A stretch of 45,910 nt of DNA from assembly GCA_001724265.1 (NCBI GenBank), contig MEDY01000243.1, positions 1-45,910 on the forward strand, written 5' to 3'. The notes under the pieces are model-generated. The model did not search any database, was not told the origin of the DNA, and saw nothing but the letters and a program-made list of their open reading frames with translations. The translations under genes were made by a program, and so were the position numbers. Every line of letters begins with the position of its first letter. Positions within the stretch are counted from its first letter, which is position 1. Source of the DNA: Rhizaria sp. SCN 62-66 (taxonomy: Eukaryota). Of this stretch, positions 12,908-23,992 are shown in pieces.

Positions 12908-15219
12908 ATGGTACGTCTTCTAATTCCTTTTGTTTACGCAATCTATCCTCCGAAAATCTTCCTCTATCCCTGCTTTCATGGCACGAACAATTCTGCTTTC
13001 TTGAACCGAATCTTCGACTCATGTCCACTTCACCCTGTACCGGCTCTGTTCGCTCTCTTGTTGCGGGCTTCTTGCACGCCCGCGCTGCAGGAGACGGCGA
13101 TGTTTCTGCAGTATCCGCGCGAGAGCATCCGATACTTCCATTCAGTGCTGAGCTACGGCCACGTCTGCGGACCGCTCTACCTCATCAGCTCTCTCGCCAT
13201 CCTCGCCCTCGTCACCGCCGACGCCGCCGCAAACGGCGGCAACTCGGGCGCCAACGCCGATGCCGGAGGTTCCATTTTGGACTCTCTCTTGTCCTCTCTT
13301 GGCGTCGGCGGCCCTGGCGGGTTCGGCGACGGGAGCCTGGGGGACGCGCTGACCTTCCTTTGCGTGCTCTTACGCACGGCCGTCTCTCTGGCGCAGACGC
13401 CCGTGCGCTACGGCATGTCGTTCAAGATCTGGCGCGCCTCGCGCCACGCCACCGACGCCGACGCCGGCGACGCGCTTATCGCCATGAAGAACGGACGCAT
13501 CTGGCGCACCGCCGACCGCGTACGTCATCAACAACACACGAAAATATCGAAACCGTTGATGTTCTGTTAAACTCTTCTCATGCCTTGTCTTAAGTCTCTC
13601 TTCACTTAAACAATATATTGGTGTCTCCCTTTGTGTTTTGTTTTGTTTCTGGCTGATATAACGCGGCAACACAACAGATCGGCCGACTGGTGCAGTCGGC
13701 ACTTCTCGTCTCCGCCGCGCTCGCGCTCTGGCTGCTGCTCTCCCCGGCGCTGAGCTGGCTCATCTCGTGGCTGCCCGCGCCGGTCCCCGCGACCGCCGAC
13801 GCCGTTGCCGCGCTGCTCGCTGCGCTCGCCACTGCCTGCGCGCGCGCCCTCCTAGCGCCCGTAACCGCGCTCGCTTCGCTGCTCTTGCCGCTGCTCCTGC
13901 CTCCAGGGAGCACAGTGCCTCCAGGGAGCGCAGCCGCCACGCTCACGGCAACGTCGGTCGCCAACGCGGCGGCGGCGCTGCTCAAGTCTCCCGTCCTCGC
14001 CCCGTTTTTCACCACCACCACCACCGTTGCTTCCATTACCACTGCCACTGCGACTGCCTCTGCCTCTGCCGTCGTCACCGAGTCCGTCGTGGAGCTGCTG
14101 CCGGCGAGCTCGCTACTGCGGCGCGCGCTGGTGCTGGGGCTCATCGTTGGCGCTACCAACTACGCGGTCTCGCTGACTCTGCTGTGGCGGCTGGTGCTGG
14201 CGCCCGACCAGGAACGCCACGGCGGCCCGCTGCTGCTGACCGGTCGCGCTGTGGCCTCTCGCGCGCAGCTCCGGGAGCACGTGCTCACGGCGCGCACGGG
14301 CGCAATGCCCGCGAGTGTCACGCGTTCTCTCGGCAAGGAGGGCCGCGTCCGCGCCATTGCCATTGAAGGGCTCAGCAACAGCAACGCGAGCGCGAGCACT
14401 GGCACTGGCAACACTCTGGGACTGAGTGCTGGTGCGATGAGGAAGCGCGCGGCACGGCTCGCCCGCGCCGCCGCCGCCGCCGCGGGCAACATCAGCAACA
14501 ACAACAGCAACAGTAATGATTCCTCTCGAGCTCCGACTGCGACTTCGACTTCTGCCAAAGAGGACGAGGCCGCACTGCCGTTTTTGAGCACGGAGGGCGA
14601 CGCGTGCTCGATCTGCTTCGGCGGCTTCGGCTTCGCGGCCTCGGCCTCGCTGCTACGCTGCGGACACCTCTTCCACGCGGCCTGCATTGCACGCTGGCTG
14701 CAGCAGGCGGCGACCTGCCCCGCCTGCCACTATGAGCTGGGCGCGGACTGGGCCGCTGGCGCGCGCGGCCGCCCGCCCTTTGCGGGGGTCGACCCCGTCG
14801 CCGTCGCCGCCGCAGACGCCGCCATCGCGCGCGCTGAGACAGAGGCAGAGGCTGAGGCAGAGGCTGCTGCGAAGGCAGAGGCTGGGGTTGGGCAGAGTAA
14901 GCGTGAGGCCTTCATGGGCTGCGAGTGGCCTGAGGTGCTGGAGATGGCCAATCAGCAGCGGCTGCGGCAATATCAGCAATCACAGTTGCGCCAACAGCAG
15001 CAGCAGCAGCAGCAGCAGGAGCAGGAGCAGTTTGACTGTGAGCACAAGCACGACGGCTGTGACAACAACGACGACGTCAGCGACGACAGTGACAGAGATA
15101 GTGCGAGTGCGAGGACCGAGACTGTGGAGAGTGAGCTGCGCAAGCGTGTCGGTGTCAGGGCTGCGTCTACGGCTGATGCTGTTGCCGTTGCCGTTATCGG
15201 GGGCTTCTCTGCGGAGTGA
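12908..15219 (+). CDS. Transmembrane RING-H2 zinc-finger protein (putative E3 ubiquitin ligase), 3 exons, ~657 aa
   Basis: ATG-only exon 12908..12910, intron 12911..13090 (GTACGT..CAG), exon 13091..13519, intron 13520..13677 (GTACGT..CAG), exon 13678..15219. RING-H2 CSIC-x14-CGHLFHAAC-x10-CPAC at 14605..14727. Several hydrophobic segments lie N-terminal to it. Stop TGA. Confidence 0.85.
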
Positions 15220-16003
15220 ATGCGGTGAGCTTGGCGACTGCGCGACAGCAACAGTGACAAGTGGCAGCGGCAGCGGCGTTGACGGCTACAACCTGCGACA
15301 GCGACGGAAGGCTGCGGCGACTTGCGCGAACATAACATGTTAGATTTGGTTTGTTTTGGCAACAAACTGCGTTATTCAGTCAAAGATTTGATACCTAGGA
15401 CCAATACGAATACTTAAATTAACCCTTATGAATGGTCATTCCTATTTATACAGCTACATATTGTAACTCGCGACACATCTCAACCTAAATCTTGCAGCAT
15501 CTTCAAGTTGTTAACGATGAGTCGAAGGATATATCAGCTCCATTGAACGAAATGACATAAAGCTGCAACTTCCAATATGTTTTAAGCGGTAATTTCATGT
15601 GACTTCGCTTGACCTGAGAGTTATATCGTGAAATCATCAAAAATAAGCAGATTTTCAGTTTTTCGATTCACATCTCCTTCAATCGACCTAAACTTCGATT
15701 CAGCGTTATTCAGGGGATTGATCGTCAAAACGTTCTGCTTCTCTGGTAATCAACTGCTTTGATAAGTTTATTATTCATTCCTTTATTAAATTTTTGCTTG
15801 AGTGACAAGCTTCTGTGGCTTTTGATAAGTTCACTTCATACTGCTCCACACAGCAAAGATTGTTCACTCGCCAGATCATCTTCTTCTTTGTTGCGCGCTA
15901 CAGACGGTGGCTCACAAGACTAACTTGCACAGCTACACCGAAATTAAGGTCTAAAATCCGTTCATAACCGTGACAGCCGCTGGTGCTGCTCCATATCAGG
16001 GAC

Positions 16004-18619
16004 ATGGAGGACCCGAACAACACTCGGCTCAGCATCCAACGGTTGTACGCCGCGCTAGTTCCCGTCACATCCCTGGCGCCGCCGCGCGTCGCTGACCTGG
16101 ACAATCTGAATCAAGTGATCCGCGAGGCTATCCACGTTAACATGATTTGCGAAAGCGAGGTTCTCGTGCTGCTTGCACAATCTCTTGAGCTCGTCAGCGA
16201 CGACGACGACGACGACGAGGGCCAAAAGCGCATCGGCGCCATCATCGCGATCATCCGGCTCATCGTAGATCTGCGCAGCGCCGCGCTCGTCATGCTCATC
16301 CAGGACGGCATTGTCGGGCGGCTTACCGCGGCTCTGCCCCGCATCTCGAACGCGCACCGTGTGCGCTTCGTCCTGGAGCTGGTGCAAAAGATCGCGCGCT
16401 CCGCGGAGCTCACCGCGGCGCCGCGCCACGCGATGCTCGCGCACCTTTGCGCCGCGCTGCAGCAAGAGGAGCGACTGCAGCTGTGGCAGCGTCAGCAGCA
16501 CGTTGATCCGTGCCTCTTCTACCAGGCCTTCTTCATCTCAGTCAGCTACCTGTGCAAGGGCGCGAACAGGGACGACTCTTTCAGCGGTCGCATTGATCCC
16601 GGCGAGCCCGCGCCGTACGCTGCCGCGCGCGGGCTCGTGCCGATCGCGCGCGCGCTGCTCCGGCGCCACGCGACGGCTACGCTGACGGACGTTATGTGCC
16701 GCGCCAACGTCCACGAGGCGCTCTGGGCAGTGTTCGCCTGCGGCACCGCCAGCAGCGACCGTGCGGCTCGGGATGAAGCGGACTGCGACATCGCGGAGTT
16801 CGCGTTGAGCGCGGACTTCGACCTGACGATGCTGATGTTGGACGAGGCGGGCTTTGACATTTTTTACCCGCGCGTCGCCGCCTTCGACAATGACGCCTGC
16901 GCGCGCGTCTTGACCGAAGCGCACTTGGCGCACGTGGTTGCGTTCCTCGACACCGACCTGCAATGGCGCACCGACTGGGACAGGTTCGTCGCGCGCACCG
17001 TTGCGGTGGTGGCTTTGGTTGCGGTGCGCGCGCCCGCGCTGTGCGTTCAGCTCGCTGTCCACGCCCGTGCGTTTCCGAAGCTACTGAGCTGCGTCATTGG
17101 CATTTTGACCCGCTCCTTGCGGTTCAACGCCGAGAACGGCATGCACCGCGATATGGCCCTGTTGCTGGACGGCGTGATGGCCGCCGCCGCGGCCATGGAC
17201 GCGGAGAGCGCGTCCCGTGTCGCGCAGCTGCTGCTCTACGGCGACGCCTTGCAGTTCTGCTGCCCCGCGCTGTTGAATTTCGACACCTGGGGCCAGGACA
17301 GCGTGGACCGGCGGCACGAGACGAGCTGCGCACCGACTCCGGACTCTGCCGGCACAACCAAAAGCGGCACGTTTTTTCCGATGACTGCCGCTGACGGCGA
17401 CAATGACATTGACGTCGCCACTGTCGTGCGGCTGCTGCGCACGCTGCGTTTGATTATCACTGAGATGGAACGCGCCACTGCCGCCGGCAACAACTCGAGA
17501 CCCTCGCAGAAATTCTTCGCGTCCAAGTTCGCCTTCGAGCGCGGCGTGGAGGCCCTCGAGAAGCTGCGCTACGCCGACTGCGTGCACGACCCCGCTATTC
17601 CCGCCGCGGCGAAGGAGCTGGCGCAGCTGCGCTCGGTGCTCTTGCGCATTGGCGTCGTCTCGCCCGCGGACACCGCCGCGGACGAGCAGGTGCAGCGCAC
17701 TGTCGCAGATGTACGCGCGTTCGCTGAATCTTTTCCCGGCGGCTGGCGCGAGGCGCTTGACGCTCGCGTTGCGAGCAGCCTGGAGGCCTGCGGCTTCCCG
17801 CGGCGTCTCGGCAATGATGCGCAGTCGTTGTCCGCGTCTGCGTCTGTGCGAGGCAACGACGCGCCGCCGTCGGCCGCGGCGCTGGCGCTGCTACAGGCCC
17901 GCGCGCGCACCCGCATCCAGTGCTGCGCGCGCGCGACTGTTGACGCGCGACTGCTGACCGCGGATGTGGTGATGAAGGCGCGGCTGTACAACGCCAGGAC
18001 GCGCATGTGCGACGAGTACCGCCTGGTGATCCGGCTCGAGGACAAAAAGTTCCCCAGCCACGCGGCGCACTTTCGCGTCGCCGCCGTGCGGGGCGCGCTT
18101 GGTCATCGCGTGCACCGCTGCTTTACGTCTCCTAACGAGTCTTCAGCTGCGCTGCCGTTTGTCACGTTATACGGTTCAAAATTGCCTTGTGCGACGGCGG
18201 ATATCAAACTGCCCGACACAGACATCGTCTACGGCGAGTATACAGCCGCATCAACAGCTGACGCTGGTGATACTTATCCCGCTGGCACGGTGCTGATGTA
18301 CCCGCGCGCGGTCGCTCCAAGCGAGACGGTCAAGAGCGCGTGCGACATCCCGGTGTTCCTCGTCTTCAAGCCGTGCCCCACCGCGCTATTACGCGGCGCC
18401 GTACCCGTCGGCCGCGTGGTGTCGTGCGTGCCGGGGCTTATCGCGGCAAAGAACGGTAACGGCAGGGCCGAACTCTTTGACGCTACAGTGCTGCGATGCC
18501 TCGAGACGCACTGTGCGGCGCGCGAGTGCCAGAGTCAATGTCAGAGCCAGAGCCGTAGCGGCAACAAGGCTGAGGGAACGCACTCGATAATCAAATATGA
18601 AGCGCTCAGGCTGCATTGA
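16004..18619 (+). CDS. ARM-repeat (importin-alpha-like) protein with a C-terminal degenerate cyclophilin-like domain, paralogue 1, ~871 aa (start uncertain)
   Basis: Long GC-rich ORF. Helical segments resemble importin-alpha ARMs (SVSYLCKG..PYAAARGLVPIARALL; LLRTLRLIITEME..FASKFAFERGVEALEKL). The C-terminal series RLVIRLEDKKFPSHAAHFR..HRVHR..IVYGEY..PAGTVLM..VFLVFKPCP..AVPVGRVV follows the cyclophilin motif order. First ATG is 16004; a short upstream exon is possible. Stop TGA. Confidence 0.75.
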   Translation: MEDPNNTRLSIQRLYAALVPVTSLAPPRVADLDNLNQVIREAIHVNMICESEVLVLLAQSLELVSDDDDDDEGQKRIGAIIAIIRLIVDLRSAALVMLIQDGIVGRLTAALPRISNAHRVRFVLELVQKIARSAELTAAPRHAMLAHLCAALQQEERLQLWQRQQHVDPCLFYQAFFISVSYLCKGANRDDSFSGRIDPGEPAPYAAARGLVPIARALLRRHATATLTDVMCRANVHEALWAVFACGTASSDRAARDEADCDIAEFALSADFDLTMLMLDEAGFDIFYPRVAAFDNDACARVLTEAHLAHVVAFLDTDLQWRTDWDRFVARTVAVVALVAVRAPALCVQLAVHARAFPKLLSCVIGILTRSLRFNAENGMHRDMALLLDGVMAAAAAMDAESASRVAQLLLYGDALQFCCPALLNFDTWGQDSVDRRHETSCAPTPDSAGTTKSGTFFPMTAADGDNDIDVATVVRLLRTLRLIITEMERATAAGNNSRPSQKFFASKFAFERGVEALEKLRYADCVHDPAIPAAAKELAQLRSVLLRIGVVSPADTAADEQVQRTVADVRAFAESFPGGWREALDARVASSLEACGFPRRLGNDAQSLSASASVRGNDAPPSAAALALLQARARTRIQCCARATVDARLLTADVVMKARLYNARTRMCDEYRLVIRLEDKKFPSHAAHFRVAAVRGALGHRVHRCFTSPNESSAALPFVTLYGSKLPCATADIKLPDTDIVYGEYTAASTADAGDTYPAGTVLMYPRAVAPSETVKSACDIPVFLVFKPCPTALLRGAVPVGRVVSCVPGLIAAKNGNGRAELFDATVLRCLETHCAARECQSQCQSQSRSGNKAEGTHSIIKYEALRLH

Positions 18620-19226
18620 TCTAACAATAGTTCAGGGCGCTGATACGGCGTTATCTTTGCCTATGTGAGAGCAGCTCAGCTTGGCTGCGCATTCTCTTTA
18701 TTTTTGGTAGGTCTCGTTTTGCAATTCAAATCAGTAGACTTGATTGATCACTTGATCATCTCAATGATAACTTCGCAGAACAGTGTGTTCAAGTTGCGAT
18801 TTGTAAATATAACCTGTAAACTATGAGTTTAATTCTGTATTCAAGTCACTATTTCTGTTAGCTTTTAAATAGAAGGATATAATTTCACTCTTTCATCTGA
18901 CGAGACGGTTTGTGGTAGTCTCAGCAGCCTTTGGGTCCGACTTTGAAAGTAATTGCATTGAGTGTATAGCCGTATAAATGTTGTTGTTTCATTGGTTTAT
19001 ACACAAAATAGTCGTTTTGTTTTATATTTTACTGATGAATTACAATACTGACTCATATATCTATGCGAAATGAGTTGCCAGTCTCAACTTGTCCACACAT
19101 CTATCTTCACTCACTGGTCCAACCCCTCCAAACCTGTGTTATCAACGACAGAATCCTTACTGTCCAGAGACTTTACATTAATAACGCTAAAAGAAGGTTT
19201 TATATTCCGGTTTGGCATTGTAAACA

Positions 19227-21963
19227 ATGGATAACCCCGTCGTCATGCAGCGGGGCCAGCAGGAAGCGAGTAGTCTCGTCGGAAAGTCCGATCTCCACCG
19301 CATCCACATCGCTCTCGCTGCCGTCATGAGCCTGTCTGTCGACCCATCCAGTCTGACCAGTCTCAAGAACATATTCGCTTCTTGCTGGGGCCTCTCGGTG
19401 GAAGTGCTGCAAGAGAGCAACGTCCTCGAGTTGCTGCTGCAGTCGCTCCAGCTCGCCGCATCAACATGTAACAGTAACCGTCCCAACGCTGACACTCACG
19501 CAAACGCTCGCATTGGCGCCAGCGCTGCTGCTGGTTTTGACGCAACGGACGCTTTCAACCTCGATGCCGCGGACCGCGTTGAGATTATCGTCGACCTGCT
19601 GCTCCACGTGAGCGTATCCCGCCGGGGCTCAGACTTCCTGCTCCAGTCCCGCGCGCTCGAGCGGCTCACGGCCCTGCTCAGCAGCGGCTGTCTCGCCTCG
19701 AGCGGGCCTCGGGGCGCCAGTAGCGTGCTGGACTTTGTCCGCAGGGCCGTCCGGCTGTTGCCTCCGGAAACAGAGGCCGCCACCAAGCACGCCGCGCTCG
19801 CCAACCTACTCGTCTACTGGCAGCGTGAGCACCACACGCAGCTGCGACTTCTGGAGCAGCGACTGGAGCGGCAACAGCAGCGGCAGCAGCAGCAGCAGGA
19901 AAACGAGGAACGCAAGTTTGCGCAAGAGCTTGAGCAGGAGCTGCAACAGGAGCAGCAGGAGCTCAATGCGCGTCTGATCAAGCGCCACTCCGAGCTTTGT
20001 CGCACAGTGGCCGCGCTGTGCGCTCCCAGCAGCGCGCAGAACGGAGACGGCCACGGCAGCGGCGGCCGCGGCAGCGACGGCCACGGCGGCGGCCACAACA
20101 GCGGGACACTCCCGCGCTATGCTGACGTGCACAGCTTTGTGCCGCTTATGCGCGCAGTGCTGCGGAGTCAGCAAACGCCGGACTCGGTGCGAGATGTCGT
20201 GTATATGTCATTGCTCGCCGTGTTTAAGTGCGGCAGCAGCAGAGGCAGCAGCAGCAGCGGGTACCATAGCAGCGAATCCATTAGCGCCAGCGATGCTTGC
20301 GCCGGTGACCCCAGCGCTGACGACATCAGCGCCGGCGACGTGAGCATCGGTGACAGCATCAGCTGCGGCGGCGACAGGCACAGCTGCAGCAGCGACAGCG
20401 GTAAGGATAGCAACGACAGCAATAGCAGAAGTGACTTCCGCAGCGATATTGCGGACTTCGCAGTCAGCGCCGACTTCGACTCGCTGCTGCTGCGGTCCGA
20501 CAACAACGCCTCGTTCCAGCTGCAGCGGTTCATGGCGCTGATGGATCACGCCACGCTTGCGCGCGCGTTCACGGCGGAGCGTCTGGCGCGCATTCACGCG
20601 CACGCGCGCGCGGCGGGCTTTGCGCAACAGCAACAGAGCGACTTGTACTACTTTGGCGGCTACGCAGGCGCGTTGGCGACGATGACAGCGCATTTCCCCG
20701 CCTTCGGCCGCCAGTTCGCCGCGAGTGAGGGGCTGGCGCAAGTGCTGCGCGACACCGATAGTAAGATCTCGACGATGTACCAGAGAGTCGTGGTGCACGT
20801 GCCGCAGAACACGGCGCACCTGCTTGACGCGCTGCTGTCCGCAAGCGAAGTCGACCATGACGCCGACAAAAACGCAAATAGAAACGCAGACGCAGATGCC
20901 GATTCAAATGCAGTAGCAGACGCAGATCAAGGCTATGATGTGCACAAAGTGATTGCTGCGCCTGTGGCACCTGTGACGCGCATTGTGCGGCAGCTGCTGG
21001 AGGCTGGCGCCGTGGAGTGCTGTTGCACGATGCTGCGCTTTCTCGTGCTGTGGAGCGCTGAAAAGCACAACATGGCGGGACAAATCGCGCGCGGTCAAGA
21101 CGCCGCGGCCACGTTGCTGCGCGTGTTGCGCGCAATGATTGCAAAGGGCGACACTGTCGTTGAGTCTCAAGGCGACACCGCGACGAATGAACTCGCACCA
21201 TCAGACTCTGCCACGCTTGCCACTGGTCGCAACAGCACTGTGAACCCCGTCGCGGCGCGCTTTGTGGCGGCGCGCGGGCCGCAGCTCGTGGAGTTGCTAC
21301 GCTACGCTGACTGCACGCAGGACGGCAACGGCACCGTGCTGGGAGAGCTCACACAGCTGCGCTCCCTATTGGCGCAACTCGGCGTGAGTGACGCTGACAC
21401 TCTTGTGACTAATAGCAATGGCCTTCTCGATAGCGCAGCCACGGACGATGACGTGCGGCGAGCCGTCGCTGAGGCGCGCAAGTGCCCGCAGCCCTCTGTG
21501 CGGTACTGGCGGTGCGTTTTCGGCGCCCATATCACGGCGGGCTTGGCCGCAGACACCACGGATTAGACTGAGCGCCCGCAGCAGCAGCGGCAGCAGCACC
21601 AGATGCAGACGCAGACGTCTGCTCCAGCGGCGGTGCACGCAACGGCGGCGCGGGCGCTGCTGCGGGTGCTGGCGCGCGAGAGCATCCAGGCCTACGCGCG
21701 CGGCGTGCTCGCGGCGCGCGGCGCGTCCGCGGCGGCCGACGTGGTGTTCCGGGCCGAGGTCTACAGCGCGCGCAGCGGGCGCCGCGAGCAGCACCGTCTC
21801 GTGGTGCGGCCGAGCGACGCCGCGGTGCCCAGCCACGCGGCGCACTTCCGCGCCGCCGCCGCGGGCAAGGCGCTGGGGGCCTGCGTCCACCCTCTTGGCT
21901 GTGCACCGCCGGAGGCGTCCTCGTCGCTGGCGCAGTTGCCACTGTTGCCGCGACAGGTGCTAG

Positions 21964-21999
<36 letters not shown>

Positions 22000-22523
22000 C
22001 GTTCGTTGCGTTGTACAGCTGTGGCAGCGGGCGCTGTGGCAGTGATCTCCTCGCATTGCCAGAGGCCGACACCGTGTACGGCGAATACACACACGTACAC
22101 AACACATGTGCGCAGCAACGGCTCAATGACACTGACACTGCTGTCAATACTGCTGCTGTTGACACCAGAGCTGCGTGTTACCCCGTCGGCACAGTGTTGC
22201 TGTCGCCCCGCGCCGTCCCCAGCACGCTGTCCATGTCCAAGCGCAGCGGCGCGCACGACACGCCGTGGTTCATCGTGTTCAAGCCGTGCCCGACTGCGCT
22301 CTTGCGCGGCGCCGTGCCTGTCGGCCGCGTGGTGTCTTGCGTGCCGGGCGCTGTAGTGCCGGGCGCTGTGGCGGGTGCTGAGGCGACGGCGCATGACGGC
22401 GGCGAAAACAACGCGCTCTTGGATGCCGACATGCTGCGGTGCTTAGAGGACATGTGTGCCGCGGAACAGCAGTGCAGCGACACAGAAACACGTTCACTCT
22501 TCACGTTTGACAGCTTCAGATGA
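19227..22523 (+). CDS. ARM-repeat + cyclophilin-like protein, paralogue 2, ~1,098 aa if the internal TAG at 21564-21566 is decoded
   Basis: Track ORFs 19227..21566 and 21603..22523 are in the same frame, separated only by one TAG. The joined protein is collinear with paralogue 1 across the junction and shares DIA(E/D)FA(L/V)SADFD, LRYADC, PSHAAHFR and VFKPCPTALLRGAVPVGRVVSCVPG. Final stop TGA. Confidence 0.75.
21564..21566 (+). other. In-frame TAG inside paralogue 2 (candidate recoded or read-through codon)
   Basis: Context: ACC ACG GAT TAG ACT GAG CGC CCG CAG CAG CAG CGG CAG CAG CAC CAG. The frame continues for ~318 codons encoding the conserved C-terminal domain. Confidence 0.7.
21966..21998 (+). 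repeat. (CAG)11 coding microsatellite (poly-Gln) inside the cyclophilin-like domain of paralogue 2
   Basis: Perfect CAG run, absent from paralogue 1. Confidence 0.9.
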
Positions 22524-23029
22524 GGCGCGCAATGCTTGAAACGACCTATGATACATCAATACAAAGCATAACACAAGATACGTGAAATGGCTTCGCTACT
22601 GATTGGACTATACTGGTTGATTAGTTTAGAGAAGATTTATGTATTGAGTTGATTTTTGTCTGTGAGACTAAAAATGGAGAAGACAGAAGTTTACTTAGTG
22701 TTGTCGTGACGCATCAAATGAGAGAGTGCGCAGCCCTACGTGGGGCGCTTTAGCGGTGCGTGACTTGAGTGACGGGACAAACTAGAGCGCTGTGAGAAAA
22801 CACACAAAAAAAAAGCACAGCTTCCGTAAAAGCCGTGTACTTTAAACATATAAACGTTTTTTGCAATTCAAACACGACGCTGTCTAGATCCCGCCTTTGT
22901 CACGCAGGGCAAGAGAGCGCTCAGAGGTAAGACGGCAGTCAACACTCACCAGACGGCGCCAGGCGCAACACGGGTTTGTTGTTGTTTGCGTCGTTTTACC
23001 GACTACTGCTAGTACGAGCAATCACGCAC

Positions 23030-23992
23030 TTACGCCTTGACGTAGGTGGACATGGCAGCGATACCGCAGAGGTTCTTGCCAGTGGCCATGCGGATGTAGC
23101 CGCCCTCGCCCCAGGAGGTGCCCCAGGAGTTACGGACGATGTAGTAGCCGGCGGCGGTGTCGTAGCCGACAGCGGCGATGCCGTGGTTGAGGGCCTTGCC
23201 GCAGGGGCCGGAGAAGATACCGGAGGAGTAGAACTGGAAGTTGGAGTTGGCCTCAACAGCGACGGAGACGACGGTGGAGGAGATGGCCTTGATGAGGTCA
23301 GCCTCGTCGTTGGCCTTGACGTTGGTGTAGGACTTGATGGTGGCAGCCGCAGTGCACTTGGAGGACTTGCAAGCGGAGCCCTGAGCAACGTAGGGGTAGT
23401 CCTTGGTCTGGCAGAGGCCGCCAGCAGCAATGACGTACTCGAAGGCGTTGGTCATGAGGCCACCCTGGCAGCCGTGGTTGCCGTAGGACGCGGAGCAGTC
23501 AACGAGCTGGGACTCGGAGAGGTCGTAGAGCTTGCCGTTGGCGATCTGGTTGGCACCCTCGATGGCGGCGTTGGCGGAGAAAGCCCAGCAGGAGCCGCAC
23601 TGGCCCTGGTTCTTCATGGCGTTGACAGCGCCCTCCTCGCGCCAGTCCTTCTTGTCGGCGTTGGCGGCGGGGAGGTTGCCGGTGTTGAGGGAGCGGGCGT
23701 AGTCAGCCTTGATGGGCTTGAGGCCGAGCTTGGAGGAGAACTCCTCGAAGGTGAGGTCGGCGAACTCGTTGACGGCCATCTGGTAGGTCACATCGGGCTT
23801 AGCGTTGTGGGCGATGATGGTGTTGAGGTTGGCCTTGAAGGTGGAGTACTTGGAGAAGAACGAGTTGGAAGAGTACTCCTTGTTGTAGGTGGACACGAAG
23901 CGGGTGAAGAGGAACTGAGTCTGGTCCTCGGTGAGGGGAGCAGCAGTAGCGACGGCGACGGAAGCAGCAAGGATGGCGATCTTGGCGGCCAT
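23030..23992 (-). CDS. Papain-family (C1A) cysteine protease, cathepsin L-like preproprotein, ~320 aa
   Basis: Signal peptide MAAKIAILAASVAVATA (ATG 23992). I29-type prodomain (AVNEFADLT). Catalytic motifs QGQCGSCWAFS (Cys), LNHGIAAVGY (His) and YYIVRNSWG (Asn). Strong codon bias, no intron in the CDS. Stop TAA. Confidence 0.96.
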   Translation of the reverse strand: MAAKIAILAASVAVATAAPLTEDQTQFLFTRFVSTYNKEYSSNSFFSKYSTFKANLNTIIAHNAKPDVTYQMAVNEFADLTFEEFSSKLGLKPIKADYARSLNTGNLPAANADKKDWREEGAVNAMKNQGQCGSCWAFSANAAIEGANQIANGKLYDLSESQLVDCSASYGNHGCQGGLMTNAFEYVIAAGGLCQTKDYPYVAQGSACKSSKCTAAATIKSYTNVKANDEADLIKAISSTVVSVAVEANSNFQFYSSGIFSGPCGKALNHGIAAVGYDTAAGYYIVRNSWGTSWGEGGYIRMATGKNLCGIAAMSTYVKA

